64,000 nt of DNA from a virus. How positions within the stretch are numbered: position 1 is the stretch's first letter; the number at the start of each line of letters is the position of its first letter. Below are positions 1-9,386 of the stretch, piece after piece. The notes below the pieces were generated by a model. It had not been told where the DNA came from. It worked only from the letters and a program-made list of their open reading frames with translations, and searched no databases. The stretch spans positions 1 through 64,000 of the IMG/VR virus record IMGVR_UViG_3300037424_001177; one strand, 5' to 3'. The translations under genes were made by a program, and so were the position numbers.

Positions 1-540
1 CACAGCGCGGTCGTCAGCCCACAATGGCGTGCTGGCGATCCAGGTTGGTAGCTTGGTGAGGGGCTTTGACCTCGGAGAGAACCACGATACGAGGCGGACT
101 GCCATGTCACGCAGATGTCTTCGTACGATACGGCTCAAGACCTGTCTTTTCCAGGCCTCAATGACGACGGCGCGACTTTCGGTCTTTGTCGCGGCCAGGG
201 TGTTATGACACGCCAGATTCCGGCAGGCTGAATCGATGATGGGCGTTGGATCGTCCCATAAATTGAGCGCACAACCCGCAAGATAGGTTACGAAAGCGGT
301 GTCGATTTCCAACGAGTCCCCCGTCATTGGGGACATTCGATCAAACAATGCTGTAGCCTTTTGTGTGGCTCTGGATGGTACTGTCGTGTAACCTAGTGTC
401 ATCCAGTGCGCCCCTTCATGTAAGACAAACTCGATCCGACGGAGGGGCGCGTCGTAGTAGGCCCCTGTGACGCCGCTCGTCGAGATTCCGTGTTTGCGCG
501 TCAGAAACGCGGCTCGCTTTTCCAACTGCTTGGGAGTCAT
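1..540 (-). CDS. Partial HExxH zincin-like protein (runs off the window edge)
   Basis: Not in the ORF track. Hand translation gives an open frame from ATG 540, which overlaps the upstream stop, to position 1: MTPKQLEK...EFVLHEGAHWM...DSLEIDT. Confidence 0.6.
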   Translation of the reverse strand, partial: MTPKQLEKRAAFLTRKHGISTSGVTGAYYDAPLRRIEFVLHEGAHWMTLGYTTVPSRATQKATALFDRMSPMTGDSLEIDTAFVTYLAGCALNLWDDPTPIIDSACRNLACHNTLAATKTESRAVVIEAWKRQVLSRIVRRHLRDMAVRLVSWFSPRSKPLTKLPTWIASTPLWADDRAV

Positions 541-1322
541 CGTGGGCAATTCGTGGACGCGACAGTGAACCGAGACAGAGGCTTTTGTTGGCGGTCCACG
601 ACAACGTAGTCCGTTTGGAAAGCTCCGCCAAGCTCGACAATCTCTTTGAACATGGGGGCGCGACAGAGATCGTTGAGCGTGCTCGCGACAGCTTCTGGTG
701 GGACTGCGTACGTATCGCCACGTCGAGTGTCAAGGTCATTTCGAATGAACATGATCTCTGCGTGGTAGGCCCGCGTTGCGCTATCGAACTTGGAACCGGT
801 GACGACCGATTCGATTTGAGGGTTGCCCGCCACGTTCGACGTGCGTTGACCCATTTCTGACGCGACGAACCGCTCAAGATCTTGTAAGTCGCGCGGACTG
901 AACGTGTGCCGAGCGAAGTTGTCTTGAACTTCAAGACAGTCTTGTGGACTGATCACACGTTCGTGGGTTTGACTGGTTGTCCGGTTGCGGTAGACGTGCT
1001 TCCACGTCACCTTGTAGCCTGCCAGTTTTTTGAGGTCGTCTTTGGACTGATCACGACAAGCCTCAACACGACTCATGAAGTCGTTGGGGATCCACTGCGC
1101 CGGCTTTTCTAGATCTGCGTGAATGACGAATTGACGTGAGGACCGCTCGTAGCGGGCAGACGTGATGACGCCTCCAACCATTTTGTCAGCCTCGGCTTCG
1201 AAGCTTCGGTGATCCGATTCAGTGATCTCGCCAGCATGCAAGTAGGCGAGGCCCGTACGAACCAATGCGAACGCTGCGTAGGCCGAGAACAGGTATCCGA
1301 TGATCTTCAGCAGTAGTTTCAT
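537..1322 (-). CDS. Membrane-anchored hypothetical protein
   Basis: Start MKLLLKIIGYLFSAYAAFALVRTG (hydrophobic N-terminus) overlaps the upstream stop as ATGA. Confidence 0.7.
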   Translation of the reverse strand: MKLLLKIIGYLFSAYAAFALVRTGLAYLHAGEITESDHRSFEAEADKMVGGVITSARYERSSRQFVIHADLEKPAQWIPNDFMSRVEACRDQSKDDLKKLAGYKVTWKHVYRNRTTSQTHERVISPQDCLEVQDNFARHTFSPRDLQDLERFVASEMGQRTSNVAGNPQIESVVTGSKFDSATRAYHAEIMFIRNDLDTRRGDTYAVPPEAVASTLNDLCRAPMFKEIVELGGAFQTDYVVVDRQQKPLSRFTVASTNCPR

Positions 1323-2440
1323 GTTATGTTGATGATGTGGAGACCGAGAATTTCTGCACACTCAGCAAGATGCTTCTGGTATTTTCGAACCATCTCTTCA
1401 GAACAGCGACACGCGCGGATCTCTGAACCCAAGTATCCACATGGACAGGGATTCGACGCAGCTATGACTGCGGCAGGTACCGCTGGCAATTTGACGTGGG
1501 CACCTGAGCGTGTAAACAACACAGCGTCTTGCCTTCGGAGAACGCTGCCAAGGCTGGTAAGCCGTGACAGTGTGTACTCGAGGACCTCATCGAGAAACAG
1601 AACGCCTCGGTGCGCGAGAGAGACTTCGCCAGGCCTCGGATTAATACCACCACCGATCAAGCCTGTCTCAGAAACCGTATGATGAGGCGCTCGAAACGGT
1701 CGCTGTTTCGTCAGAGCGTTCGCTAGGCCACACGCACTGTAGATCTTGGCGACTTCCAAGCCTTCTTCAGGAGAGAGTGGCTCCATACTCGACGCAATGA
1801 CTCGGGCAAGTATCGTCTTGCCGGCTCCAGGGCGCCCGACGAGCAAGAGACGCCTGTGTCCAATGCTAGCCTGATAAGCGACCTTCAATGACTCGGAGAG
1901 GTCTTCAAATTGTGGGGCAGTCCGAACAGCCCCGTCGCGAGTGTGGTCCTGTAATTGGTGCGGTTGGATACGGGCAAGTTCGCCTCTCAGTTGATGGACG
2001 TGTAGCAACGTGTAACACTCTGCTCCGGGTACGAGACCGGCCTCCCAAGCATTTTCGGCAGGTACAACGATCGGCCGTGTCGTGTCGACTCGACAGAGAA
2101 CCCCTGACACGGAACGAACTGCGCCGTCAGGCGCCAACGCACCTACGAAAATTGTTTCAGGGCCGGCTGCAACAGGTGTTCCCAAAGCTCGCATGATTGC
2201 AGCAGCGATCGCCAGATCCAGAGGAGCCGTAGACACCCCTTCCGGGAGATCGTGCACAACGACTTTGACGTTGAGTGGGTGAGCCACTACAGCCATGCGC
2301 AAACGAGTTTCACGCATCGCGGCTTCAGGCAATCCAATGATGCTCAGCGAACTGTTGGGTGTCGCTGTAGCTGTGATTTTCACCAAGCGGGCTTCAAGTC
2401 CGACAAGTACAGAACCGTAGGCAGTGGCGATGTTTTGCAT
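1319..2440 (-). CDS. comM: ComM/YifB Mg-chelatase-like AAA+ ATPase, C-terminally truncated
   Basis: IIGLPEAAMRE, LDLAIA, Walker A GRPGAGKT, RPFRAPHHTVS, RPGEVSLAHRGVLFLDE, AASNPCPCG. It ends before the usual SGPLLDRID segment. Confidence 0.9.
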   Translation of the reverse strand: MQNIATAYGSVLVGLEARLVKITATATPNSSLSIIGLPEAAMRETRLRMAVVAHPLNVKVVVHDLPEGVSTAPLDLAIAAAIMRALGTPVAAGPETIFVGALAPDGAVRSVSGVLCRVDTTRPIVVPAENAWEAGLVPGAECYTLLHVHQLRGELARIQPHQLQDHTRDGAVRTAPQFEDLSESLKVAYQASIGHRRLLLVGRPGAGKTILARVIASSMEPLSPEEGLEVAKIYSACGLANALTKQRPFRAPHHTVSETGLIGGGINPRPGEVSLAHRGVLFLDEVLEYTLSRLTSLGSVLRRQDAVLFTRSGAHVKLPAVPAAVIAASNPCPCGYLGSEIRACRCSEEMVRKYQKHLAECAEILGLHIINIT

Positions 2441-2527
2441 GGTTTGCTCCAAATTGAAAGTAGTGTTACTGGTTACTACGGATTGCGAAGCTTCGAAATC
2501 GAGTACTTTTTTGGACCGTTTCACATT

Positions 2528-2839
2528 ATGTCAAAATACGCCTTCTGTGAATCCCGGTACAGCTCGGGTACGTGGCACATACGCCCCCTCATTGGGACGC
2601 TCAAGTTGTCTGAGAAGCCCGCCTGTGGCGACGCAATCGACAGCCCTAGTCTGTGTGGAAAGCTCTTGCCAAAAGGAACACCGCATCCAAAAGGCAAGAT
2701 CAGCAAGAAGACCGGTGTTAAGGGTCAGGGTCGAGGCGGGCACGACCATCGTCTCGTGTTCGACTCAGAAACCTACCAGGCTTTCATTTGTCGCAAGTGT
2801 TGGAAGTTGTACAAGCGAGTGTCTGTTCAAGGAACGTGA
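2528..2839 (+). CDS. Small Cys-containing hypothetical protein
   Basis: MSKYAFCES...WHIRP...LCGK...CRKC; first gene of a rightward cluster. Confidence 0.55.
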   Translation: MSKYAFCESRYSSGTWHIRPLIGTLKLSEKPACGDAIDSPSLCGKLLPKGTPHPKGKISKKTGVKGQGRGGHDHRLVFDSETYQAFICRKCWKLYKRVSVQGT

Positions 2840-2840
2840 A

Positions 2841-3044
2841 ATGGTGACCTATTTTTGGATCGCATGTCGTCCCGGGGAGGAGCGCATCTACACAACAACA
2901 GCGGCTCCACGTTCAGAGTGGCGACTGTCTCTCGAGAGAGAAGGCTACACGATCTTCCGCATCAAAGTACAGCTGCCGGAGAACTGGGACAAGTCCAAAG
3001 AGCTCCCTGGAGAGGTGTACGAGTACGGATCAGACCGACTGTGA
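2841..3044 (+). CDS. Hypothetical protein
   Basis: ATG 1 nt after the previous stop; tiles with neighbours. Confidence 0.55.
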   Translation: MVTYFWIACRPGEERIYTTTAAPRSEWRLSLEREGYTIFRIKVQLPENWDKSKELPGEVYEYGSDRL

Positions 3045-3062
3045 CTGGGATTTGAGAGTCAA

Positions 3063-3758
3063 ATGACGACTGAAAACGAGACACCTGATTACGAGAAAAC
3101 CTGGAAGGAATTCTGGGAGCCTTTGGTCACTACCGAAGACGGTCAACTCAATCTCGACCAGATCAAGCGTGAACTACACGACGCTCGCGTGTTCATGTTG
3201 GAAGGCTGCAAGGTCTATGACCACATCACAGGTGGTCGAATTTCGAAAATAACAACGGAGGCGAGCGTTGTCTGTGCCGTCGCCGACGACTACTCCAATG
3301 AGTGCTTTGACGAAGAAGACCGGGGGATGTGTCGACTTCTTGGCGACGTTCGTGATTTCCACCAGGTAATGGGACAACCTGTTTTACGCTTCCCTGGAGT
3401 TCCCTCACTAGCTCGTGTCCAACTCCGTGGAAAACTGATCTGGGAAGAGTGTGATGAGGTCATGAAGGCTCTGGGTGGCCGAGAAGCTATAGGTGACTGT
3501 GGTAACTGGGAATTCCCAGATCAGGCCGATCTCATTGGTCTTGCGGACGGGCTCGTAGATTTGACTTACGTTGTTGTAGGAACCGCCTTAGAATTCGGGA
3601 TCCCTCTGGATCGTGTTTGGGACGAAGTGCAGCGCTCGAACATGGCTAAGCGAGGGCCGGATGGCGTTGTCAAATTTCGTGAAGACGGCAAGGTTGAAAA
3701 ACCGGAAGGTTGGACGCCTCCCGATATTTCCACAGCTGTTTTTGGGGACCTTGGGTGA
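3063..3758 (+). CDS. MazG-like (PRA-PH/DR2231-type) NTP pyrophosphohydrolase with an extra N-terminal domain
   Basis: VRDFH...LIWEECDEV...ADGLVDLTYVVVG...WDEVQRSNMAK...REDGKVEKPEGWTPPDI. Confidence 0.85.
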   Translation: MTTENETPDYEKTWKEFWEPLVTTEDGQLNLDQIKRELHDARVFMLEGCKVYDHITGGRISKITTEASVVCAVADDYSNECFDEEDRGMCRLLGDVRDFHQVMGQPVLRFPGVPSLARVQLRGKLIWEECDEVMKALGGREAIGDCGNWEFPDQADLIGLADGLVDLTYVVVGTALEFGIPLDRVWDEVQRSNMAKRGPDGVVKFREDGKVEKPEGWTPPDISTAVFGDLG

Positions 3759-3779
3759 GTCTGCCACACATTACCCAAG

Positions 3780-4091
3780 TTGGAGAAAGGTCACGCAGTG
3801 AGATATACTCCTATTGATGAACAATACAGGGTTGTTCTTAAAGTCGAGCAGGGAGGATTCACAGCTCGTCTTGATGGCGATCTTGGCGACGAGCAGTCAA
3901 CTCTTTACCATTCAACTCGCTACTTTACCTTGAAAGAGGTATCAGAAGTCGAACGATCTTTGGTTATGTTTGGTGCCAAATTTTGGTGGCTGACGGGATA
4001 TCATGACAACAAGTTTGGTCGTCGCAGTCGAGTGTCCTATCTGTGTTTCAAGGAAAAAATGTACCCTGCTACACTCAGTAGCATAGGTTAG
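3780..4091 (+). CDS. Hypothetical protein
   Basis: Fills the gap in a co-oriented cluster; start uncertain. Confidence 0.5.
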   Translation: MEKGHAVRYTPIDEQYRVVLKVEQGGFTARLDGDLGDEQSTLYHSTRYFTLKEVSEVERSLVMFGAKFWWLTGYHDNKFGRRSRVSYLCFKEKMYPATLSSIG

Positions 4092-4111
4092 AAAACGCTA
4101 GATCACATCCA

Positions 4112-5803
4112 ATGTCTAAGGCACTCACACTCTCACAAGACCTCAGCCTGCCGCTTGAGGCAGTCACTTCTACGTTTGGTCTGTTGGCGATTCGAGGCGC
4201 CGGCAAGTCCACAGCTGCGGCCGTGATGGTCGAACAGATGTACGCAGCAGGACTCGCGTTCGTTGTCATCGACACAGAGGGCAGTTGGTATGGATTGCGT
4301 GCGGATCGTTCTGGAAGGCCTGGCGGGATCAAAGTTCCGATCTTCGGAGGGCAACATGGGGACATCCCGCTTGAAGTGACGAGTGGAAAGCTGATCGCGA
4401 ATCTCATCGCATCGAAGAACCTTTCGTGTGTTTTGGACCTTGAGCTTTTGTCAAGTGACGGAGAGCGGCAGCGATTCCTACTCGACTTTGCCAACGAACT
4501 GCTCATCCGAAACCGCAATCCCATACACGTCTTTTGTGAAGAGGCTGACGTGTACCTGCAACAAAATCCTGATCCTCGTAACCGCCCGCTTGTAGGCGCT
4601 TGGCTGAATTTGATTCAACGCGGCCGTAAGCGAGGAATTGGTGTAACACTCATCACACAACGAAGTGCGCTCGTCAGCAAGACAGCGCTCAACATGTGTG
4701 AAACCTTGTTCGTACTACGTACAACGGGACCGCGTGACATCAAGTCGATCAAGGATTGGGTTCAATACAACCAGGTTGACGAAACGCTTGTAAGCTCCCT
4801 GCCCAGTTTGGAAAATGGTGAAGCTTGGGTATGGTCACCACATTTCTTGGGAGTGATGAAACGATTTCGTTTCAACCAACGAACGACGTTCGACTCTGGA
4901 GCAACTCCGAGTGTGCGATCAAAGCGTCAAGCCGCGACTCTCGCAGACATCGATCTCGGATCCATACGAGAGAAGATGGCTGCTACTATCGAGCGTGTGA
5001 ATGCTGATGATCCCAAAATGTTGCGCAAGCGGATCGCCGAGCTGGAACGAAGTTTGGCCTTGAAACCCAAGGCGAAACCCGTCGAAGTCGAAGTTGTTCC
5101 ACCAGAACTGTTGCGTGAGATCGAAGAGCAGTCGAAGAATCTGGTAGAACATCTAACACACATCGAGCAACGTCTCGCAAATCTGAATCTGTTCGCAAAG
5201 AAGGTGGGCAGCAAGACGGCTCGACGCCTTTTCACACCAACGACGAGCCACAAAGAGCCCACACAAAGAGCCCAGATGACGAACGGTAAGCTTCCCAAGG
5301 AGGAAGGCCCCGCAACTCAGGACTTGGATCGACAAACTGTCTCCAAGTGTGAGCGCGCAATCTTGTCTGTATTGGCACAGCACGGGCGTCTAACGTTGAC
5401 TCAAGCCACTATCATCGCTCGTTACTCGACGACGAGCAGCGGACCCGTCAACGCTGCGTCGAGACTGCGTACGCTAGGCTACATCAAAGGCTTCAACATC
5501 GACGGAGTAGAGATCACCGAGAAGGGTCGAGCAATCCTTGGAGACTTCGACCCGTTGCCAACTGGTCGCGCACTTGCAGAGTTTTGGTATCGTGAACTTG
5601 GCAAGTGTGAGGCCGCAATTCTGCGAGTTGTCGTCGACGCCTATCCAAAACCTGTTTCATTGAACGACGCCGCGTCGCTTTCTAATCCGCCCTATTCACT
5701 CGAGAGCAGCGGGCCTGTCAACGCAGCATCCAAGCTTCGAACGCTTTGTTTGGTCAATGGGAAGAATACCGGCATGATCGCAAACGAGAGATTGATCAGT
5801 TGA
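4112..5803 (+). CDS. HerA/DUF87-like P-loop ATPase with two C-terminal winged-helix-like repeats
   Basis: AIRGAGKS, VIDTEG, EEAD, RGRKRG, ITQR; duplicated KCExAIL...SSGPVNAASxLRTL. Confidence 0.85.
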   Translation: MSKALTLSQDLSLPLEAVTSTFGLLAIRGAGKSTAAAVMVEQMYAAGLAFVVIDTEGSWYGLRADRSGRPGGIKVPIFGGQHGDIPLEVTSGKLIANLIASKNLSCVLDLELLSSDGERQRFLLDFANELLIRNRNPIHVFCEEADVYLQQNPDPRNRPLVGAWLNLIQRGRKRGIGVTLITQRSALVSKTALNMCETLFVLRTTGPRDIKSIKDWVQYNQVDETLVSSLPSLENGEAWVWSPHFLGVMKRFRFNQRTTFDSGATPSVRSKRQAATLADIDLGSIREKMAATIERVNADDPKMLRKRIAELERSLALKPKAKPVEVEVVPPELLREIEEQSKNLVEHLTHIEQRLANLNLFAKKVGSKTARRLFTPTTSHKEPTQRAQMTNGKLPKEEGPATQDLDRQTVSKCERAILSVLAQHGRLTLTQATIIARYSTTSSGPVNAASRLRTLGYIKGFNIDGVEITEKGRAILGDFDPLPTGRALAEFWYRELGKCEAAILRVVVDAYPKPVSLNDAASLSNPPYSLESSGPVNAASKLRTLCLVNGKNTGMIANERLIS

Positions 5804-6114
5804 TCAGTTTTTGGATCCACCCACACGATTTTGAGTACCTAACACGAACAGTGCAGGCCGCTACACCGTCGTCACTGGTTCCGTGGAGCGGACAAATCAC
5901 ACTCTACAAATCTCGGTGGGTATCTCGAGGTGAACTCATACCGCACGACTTGTACAGCGCACGAGTCGTTTACGAACTCAATCGTTGTAATCCCGGCTCG
6001 GCCGATCGCGCCGATGGTCACGACGTTGTGGGCGACGATGTACTTCGGGGTCTGGCGGCGGTTGTGAAAATTCTTTCCGAGTCCTTGGCTTCTGGACAGC
6101 TTCCTGAACAATGA
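5800..6114 (+). CDS. Possible hypothetical protein, overlapping the RRM gene tail convergently
   Basis: TTG start overlaps the upstream stop (TTGA); no recognised motif. Confidence 0.35.
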   Translation: MISFWIHPHDFEYLTRTVQAATPSSLVPWSGQITLYKSRWVSRGELIPHDLYSARVVYELNRCNPGSADRADGHDVVGDDVLRGLAAVVKILSESLASGQLPEQ

Positions 6115-6331
6115 GGGGCCGACCTCCGAAATTGGACTTGTGTAGAGATGTCACACAGTCTGCGGCGGCTTGATCAGTTGTGAACTCTGCGAACCCGAAA
6201 CCACGGCTTTGTCCGGTCTCACGATCAGTGACTATGTCCACCGAACGTAGTGTGCCGAATCGCGTGAAAAGAGTCCTGAGTTCGTCCACGCTAGTCGCGT
6301 ACGACAGGTTTCCAACAAACAATCGCTTCAT
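5978..6331 (-). CDS. RRM RNA-binding protein
   Basis: RNP2 LFVGNL, RNP1 RGFGFAEF, DRETGQSR, Arg-rich tail. Confidence 0.95.
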   Translation of the reverse strand: MKRLFVGNLSYATSVDELRTLFTRFGTLRSVDIVTDRETGQSRGFGFAEFTTDQAAADCVTSLHKSNFGGRPLIVQEAVQKPRTRKEFSQPPPDPEVHRRPQRRDHRRDRPSRDYND

Positions 6332-6400
6332 TTTTCCTAAATTCCCTTTCAAATAGTGGTGTGCAAAGCACCGGCAAGCGTCCCTCTGGGACTTGTGATA

Positions 6401-6411
6401 TACTACACCAA
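6401..6411 (-). promoter_or_regulatory. GGTGT-class promoter-like motif upstream of the RRM gene
   Basis: TTGGTGTAGTA, identical to 31186-31196 upstream of ssb. Confidence 0.55.
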
Positions 6412-6429
6412 GTTGAGAAAAAGAAACGT

Positions 6430-6729
6430 ATGCCACGACGACACTCAGCGCTTGTTTTCCTAGCCGCAGTCTTCTTAGGATCCGTTGCGTCCGCCGAAAC
6501 CTTCCGGCACGTCACAGTGACTCGTGACAGACCAAATCTCTACGCTGTCGACGGTGACCAAATTCTGCTCGACACAATATCGTGTCATCCAATCGGATCC
6601 CGACTTCCTGCGATCATTCGTTGGCGCCGCAAAGGCTCCTCTGAAAATGAGATCACCTTCACAGACCAGGACGGCAAGGTGCAATCAAAATGTCGGATTC
6701 GACGAATACTGGTGGAAGGGGACCTGTGA
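6430..6729 (+). CDS. Secreted or periplasmic hypothetical protein
   Basis: Signal peptide MPRRHSALVFLAAVFLGSVASA|ET; two Cys. Confidence 0.7.
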   Translation: MPRRHSALVFLAAVFLGSVASAETFRHVTVTRDRPNLYAVDGDQILLDTISCHPIGSRLPAIIRWRRKGSSENEITFTDQDGKVQSKCRIRRILVEGDL

Positions 6730-6962
6730 AGATCTTCGAACTCAGTTCGACTCTAAAGTTTAGAGCTTCCGCGGATCCGAACGGATTGCTCAGACTAGAG
6801 ATCCGTCAGCCTTGGGCGTGGGAAGTCGTGAAAACTGCCGATTTGATTGCCGTCGCCACCAACGCTCTTGCACTAGCTGCCGTCGGTGAGCCGATCAAAG
6901 GATTCAAGTTCACGAGTGATGATCGTTACGTCGATCCACCGCAGCTCGTTGTTCGACGGTGA
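6726..6962 (+). CDS. Hypothetical protein
   Basis: GTGA overlap with the previous stop. Confidence 0.55.
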   Translation: MKIFELSSTLKFRASADPNGLLRLEIRQPWAWEVVKTADLIAVATNALALAAVGEPIKGFKFTSDDRYVDPPQLVVRR

Positions 6963-7243
6963 TGTCCCACCATTCAATTCCCAGTCGATCCGAAACGACA
7001 AAAACTAATTCGGCGTTGCATCGACGACACTCACCAGCAGTAAGAGGGGGGACACCAACTGCTAGAGGCCGTTCGACGCAACGCCGAACGGCCTATGATA
7101 ACAAACGCGCGAGGCTCGTCAACATTTCAATTTCTCCGCCATCCTGAGACGACGGAAAGCCCAACCTAGCAGGGATCCAAGGCTCCGCCTATGAACCAAA
7201 TAGGCTAGTTATCCCTGGATCTTTTACTGACTTTGCCTTGTTT

Positions 7244-7582
7244 GTGGCTGCTGAGGGATACGTTGGTTTTGCGGGGCTTCCTTTTTGGATCGAACTCACA
7301 CGAGGGGTCGTGCTTGAAAAGTTTCGGGAACTGACTCAAACAGAACCTGATCCAGACTCACTCACTTACGACGAGACCTGGCGCGCAGAGTTGTCGCAGT
7401 TGATTCTGTCTTGTTCGTTTCGTGCTAACGATGGACGGGTCGGCTACGGACAAGTCATCGTCACACCACGTGCACTCGAAAAGGAAGGGATCGGGATCTA
7501 CGTCACAGCCGTCTTTCTCGGTTACACCGAAACCCCACAACGTTTGTCGTTGGTCACAAATCCCAAGAAAGCAGGCGCCTAA
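7244..7582 (+). CDS. Hypothetical protein
   Basis: GTG start 26 nt after a late-type motif, GATCTTTTACT. Confidence 0.6.
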   Translation: MAAEGYVGFAGLPFWIELTRGVVLEKFRELTQTEPDPDSLTYDETWRAELSQLILSCSFRANDGRVGYGQVIVTPRALEKEGIGIYVTAVFLGYTETPQRLSLVTNPKKAGA

Positions 7583-7587
7583 CCCCT

Positions 7588-7597
7588 GGTGTTGTAG
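7588..7597 (+). promoter_or_regulatory. GGTGT-class promoter-like motif (dcd)
   Basis: GGTGTTGTAG begins 18 nt before the ATG; no Shine-Dalgarno sequence. Confidence 0.55.
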
Positions 7598-7605
7598 TCC
7601 GCCAT

Positions 7606-8181
7606 ATGGATACAATACCGTCAGTGCCTGTAGGACCGTTGTGTGATCGTGATATTGAAAGACTTGCTGAGCTAGGTTACATCAAGCCCTTCAATCACGA
7701 CCAAATTCAACCTGCAAGTTACGATGTCACGTTGCACGAAACTCTGTTGCTTCCGCCTCTTTGGGTGAATGCAACAGACCTCATTGATTTGAGACGACCT
7801 GAGAAAAAACCAGTTTTCGAGCGCCACGACATGAGTTCTTCGGGTTGGGTCCTCCAACCCAAGTATTGTGTGTTGGGAGCTCTCAACGAGAACATCACCT
7901 GTCCTGCCAACGTTCTAGCTAGGGTCGAGGGAAAGTCGACCTGGGGTAGATGCTTCCTAGCGGTTCATGTGACCGCAGGATTTGTTGATCCTGGGTGGGA
8001 CGGACGCCTGACCTTGGAAATCGTCAACCACGGGCCGTGGCCTATTCAGTTGTGGCCGGGAATGAAGATCGCACAGATCAATTTCACGAAGCTCGCAACC
8101 GCGTGTAATCATCCATACGGCTCGGACGGGCTCAAGAGTCACTACCAAGGACAAGACATTGTGACAGGTCCTTCGGTCTGA
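7606..8181 (+). CDS. dcd: dCTP deaminase
   Basis: IQPASYDVTL, EGKSTWGR, TAGFVDPGWDGRLTLEIVN, KIAQI, YQGQ. Confidence 0.95.
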   Translation: MDTIPSVPVGPLCDRDIERLAELGYIKPFNHDQIQPASYDVTLHETLLLPPLWVNATDLIDLRRPEKKPVFERHDMSSSGWVLQPKYCVLGALNENITCPANVLARVEGKSTWGRCFLAVHVTAGFVDPGWDGRLTLEIVNHGPWPIQLWPGMKIAQINFTKLATACNHPYGSDGLKSHYQGQDIVTGPSV

Positions 8182-8210
8182 GTTTTTATTTGTGCCGCTG
8201 TTGAATAGAG

Positions 8211-8579
8211 ATGGAAACATCACTGACTCCTGCCGAACGTAAGACTGCGAACGAGCTCATTGCGAAGCTTGGAATCACACAAGGCAAGATTCTGCGGCTT
8301 CAGGCACTGCCGTACAATACAGCAGTGCAAGAGCTTGAGGCTTTGAAAGACGAGGTGTCCAAGACACACCGACAGCTCGCTAAGAAATATCATCCGGATC
8401 AAGGCGGAGACGTTGTGATCATGCGCCTCCTGAACGTCATCGTTGCGGAGTTCAAAGATTTGAAAATCGTACCGATACGCCCTACACCACCGCCGACAAT
8501 CATCTTCTACAGCGGCTCGTCCACGACCTCTTCGACCTCAGCAACAGGGTTTGGTTACACGTACGTCGTGAACTTCTGA
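8211..8579 (+). CDS. J-domain (DnaJ-like) protein
   Basis: HRQLAKKYHPDQGGD...MRLLN (HPD motif). Confidence 0.85.
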   Translation: METSLTPAERKTANELIAKLGITQGKILRLQALPYNTAVQELEALKDEVSKTHRQLAKKYHPDQGGDVVIMRLLNVIVAEFKDLKIVPIRPTPPPTIIFYSGSSTTSSTSATGFGYTYVVNF

Positions 8580-8980
8580 GGAGGGATCCACTCCCAGATG
8601 CGTTGTCCGCCTCGAGCGTGGATGGGACGCTCAAAAACATCGAGAAGCTGTAGCTTCCACGCGAACCTATTCGGGCTGTAATCTCCGAACAGTCGTTCCT
8701 CATCCGAAATCAGGTCTTGTTGAAGTGCCTCACTTGTCGAAATACAGTCGACGAGTTCCACGACGCAAAGGACTGCGCCGGCTGGTAGAGGGAACTCGTC
8801 TCGCAGAGCTTTGAAAAACGGAGCCGTCACGCTGAGCGCCACGTACTGACGTGGGAAGGCTTTGGTCGCATGGATCGCTAGCGGACCTCGGTACTTGGTC
8901 TCCCAACTGCGTGTCTCAAACTTTTTGGACCCGATCCTGACTAACGACGCATGCGGTTGGTACAGGCTCAAAGCTTTCAC
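8555..8980 (-). CDS. ASCH domain protein
   Basis: MKALSLYQPHASL..GSKKFETRSW..YRGPLAIHA..RGGQRIW. Confidence 0.9.
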   Translation of the reverse strand: MKALSLYQPHASLVRIGSKKFETRSWETKYRGPLAIHATKAFPRQYVALSVTAPFFKALRDEFPLPAGAVLCVVELVDCISTSEALQQDLISDEERLFGDYSPNRFAWKLQLLDVFERPIHARGGQRIWEWIPPQKFTTYV

Positions 8981-8998
8981 TGCATATTGGACACCGGC

Positions 8999-9373
8999 TC
9001 ACAGTTCTAGGACACCTGTGGACAACTCGCCTCGGTAGTTCGCGCCAAGCCTCTCCAAAATCTTGGCCAGAACTGTTCGGTGGCAGCGTCGTTCGTCAGA
9101 GCAGTAACAGGTCAGGACGACGCGTTTCCTTGAGAGTAAAGTCGACCACTCCGCCCGACGCTCTCGGTAGGAAGCCGTCATCTCTGCTAGGTAGCCCTCT
9201 ACGTAGGCTTTCCACCGATCCCTGCTCAGAGGTACACCACGACGACGATCGTCAAGCAGCGGGCAGAGCAGAGCCCAAGACGGAGCAAAGGCGAAGTGAC
9301 CTGTCTTACGAGTCACGTCAAATACATCAGGATCCCTCGTGGAGACGCGGGCCGTCCAAACCTCGAGCGACAT
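8999..9373 (-). CDS. DUF488-like protein
   Basis: FAPSWALL...Y...YLAEM...VVLTCYC...CHRTVLA. Confidence 0.7.
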   Translation of the reverse strand: MSLEVWTARVSTRDPDVFDVTRKTGHFAFAPSWALLCPLLDDRRRGVPLSRDRWKAYVEGYLAEMTASYRERRAEWSTLLSRKRVVLTCYCSDERRCHRTVLAKILERLGANYRGELSTGVLEL

Positions 9374-9386
9374 CGCCGAACCAAGA

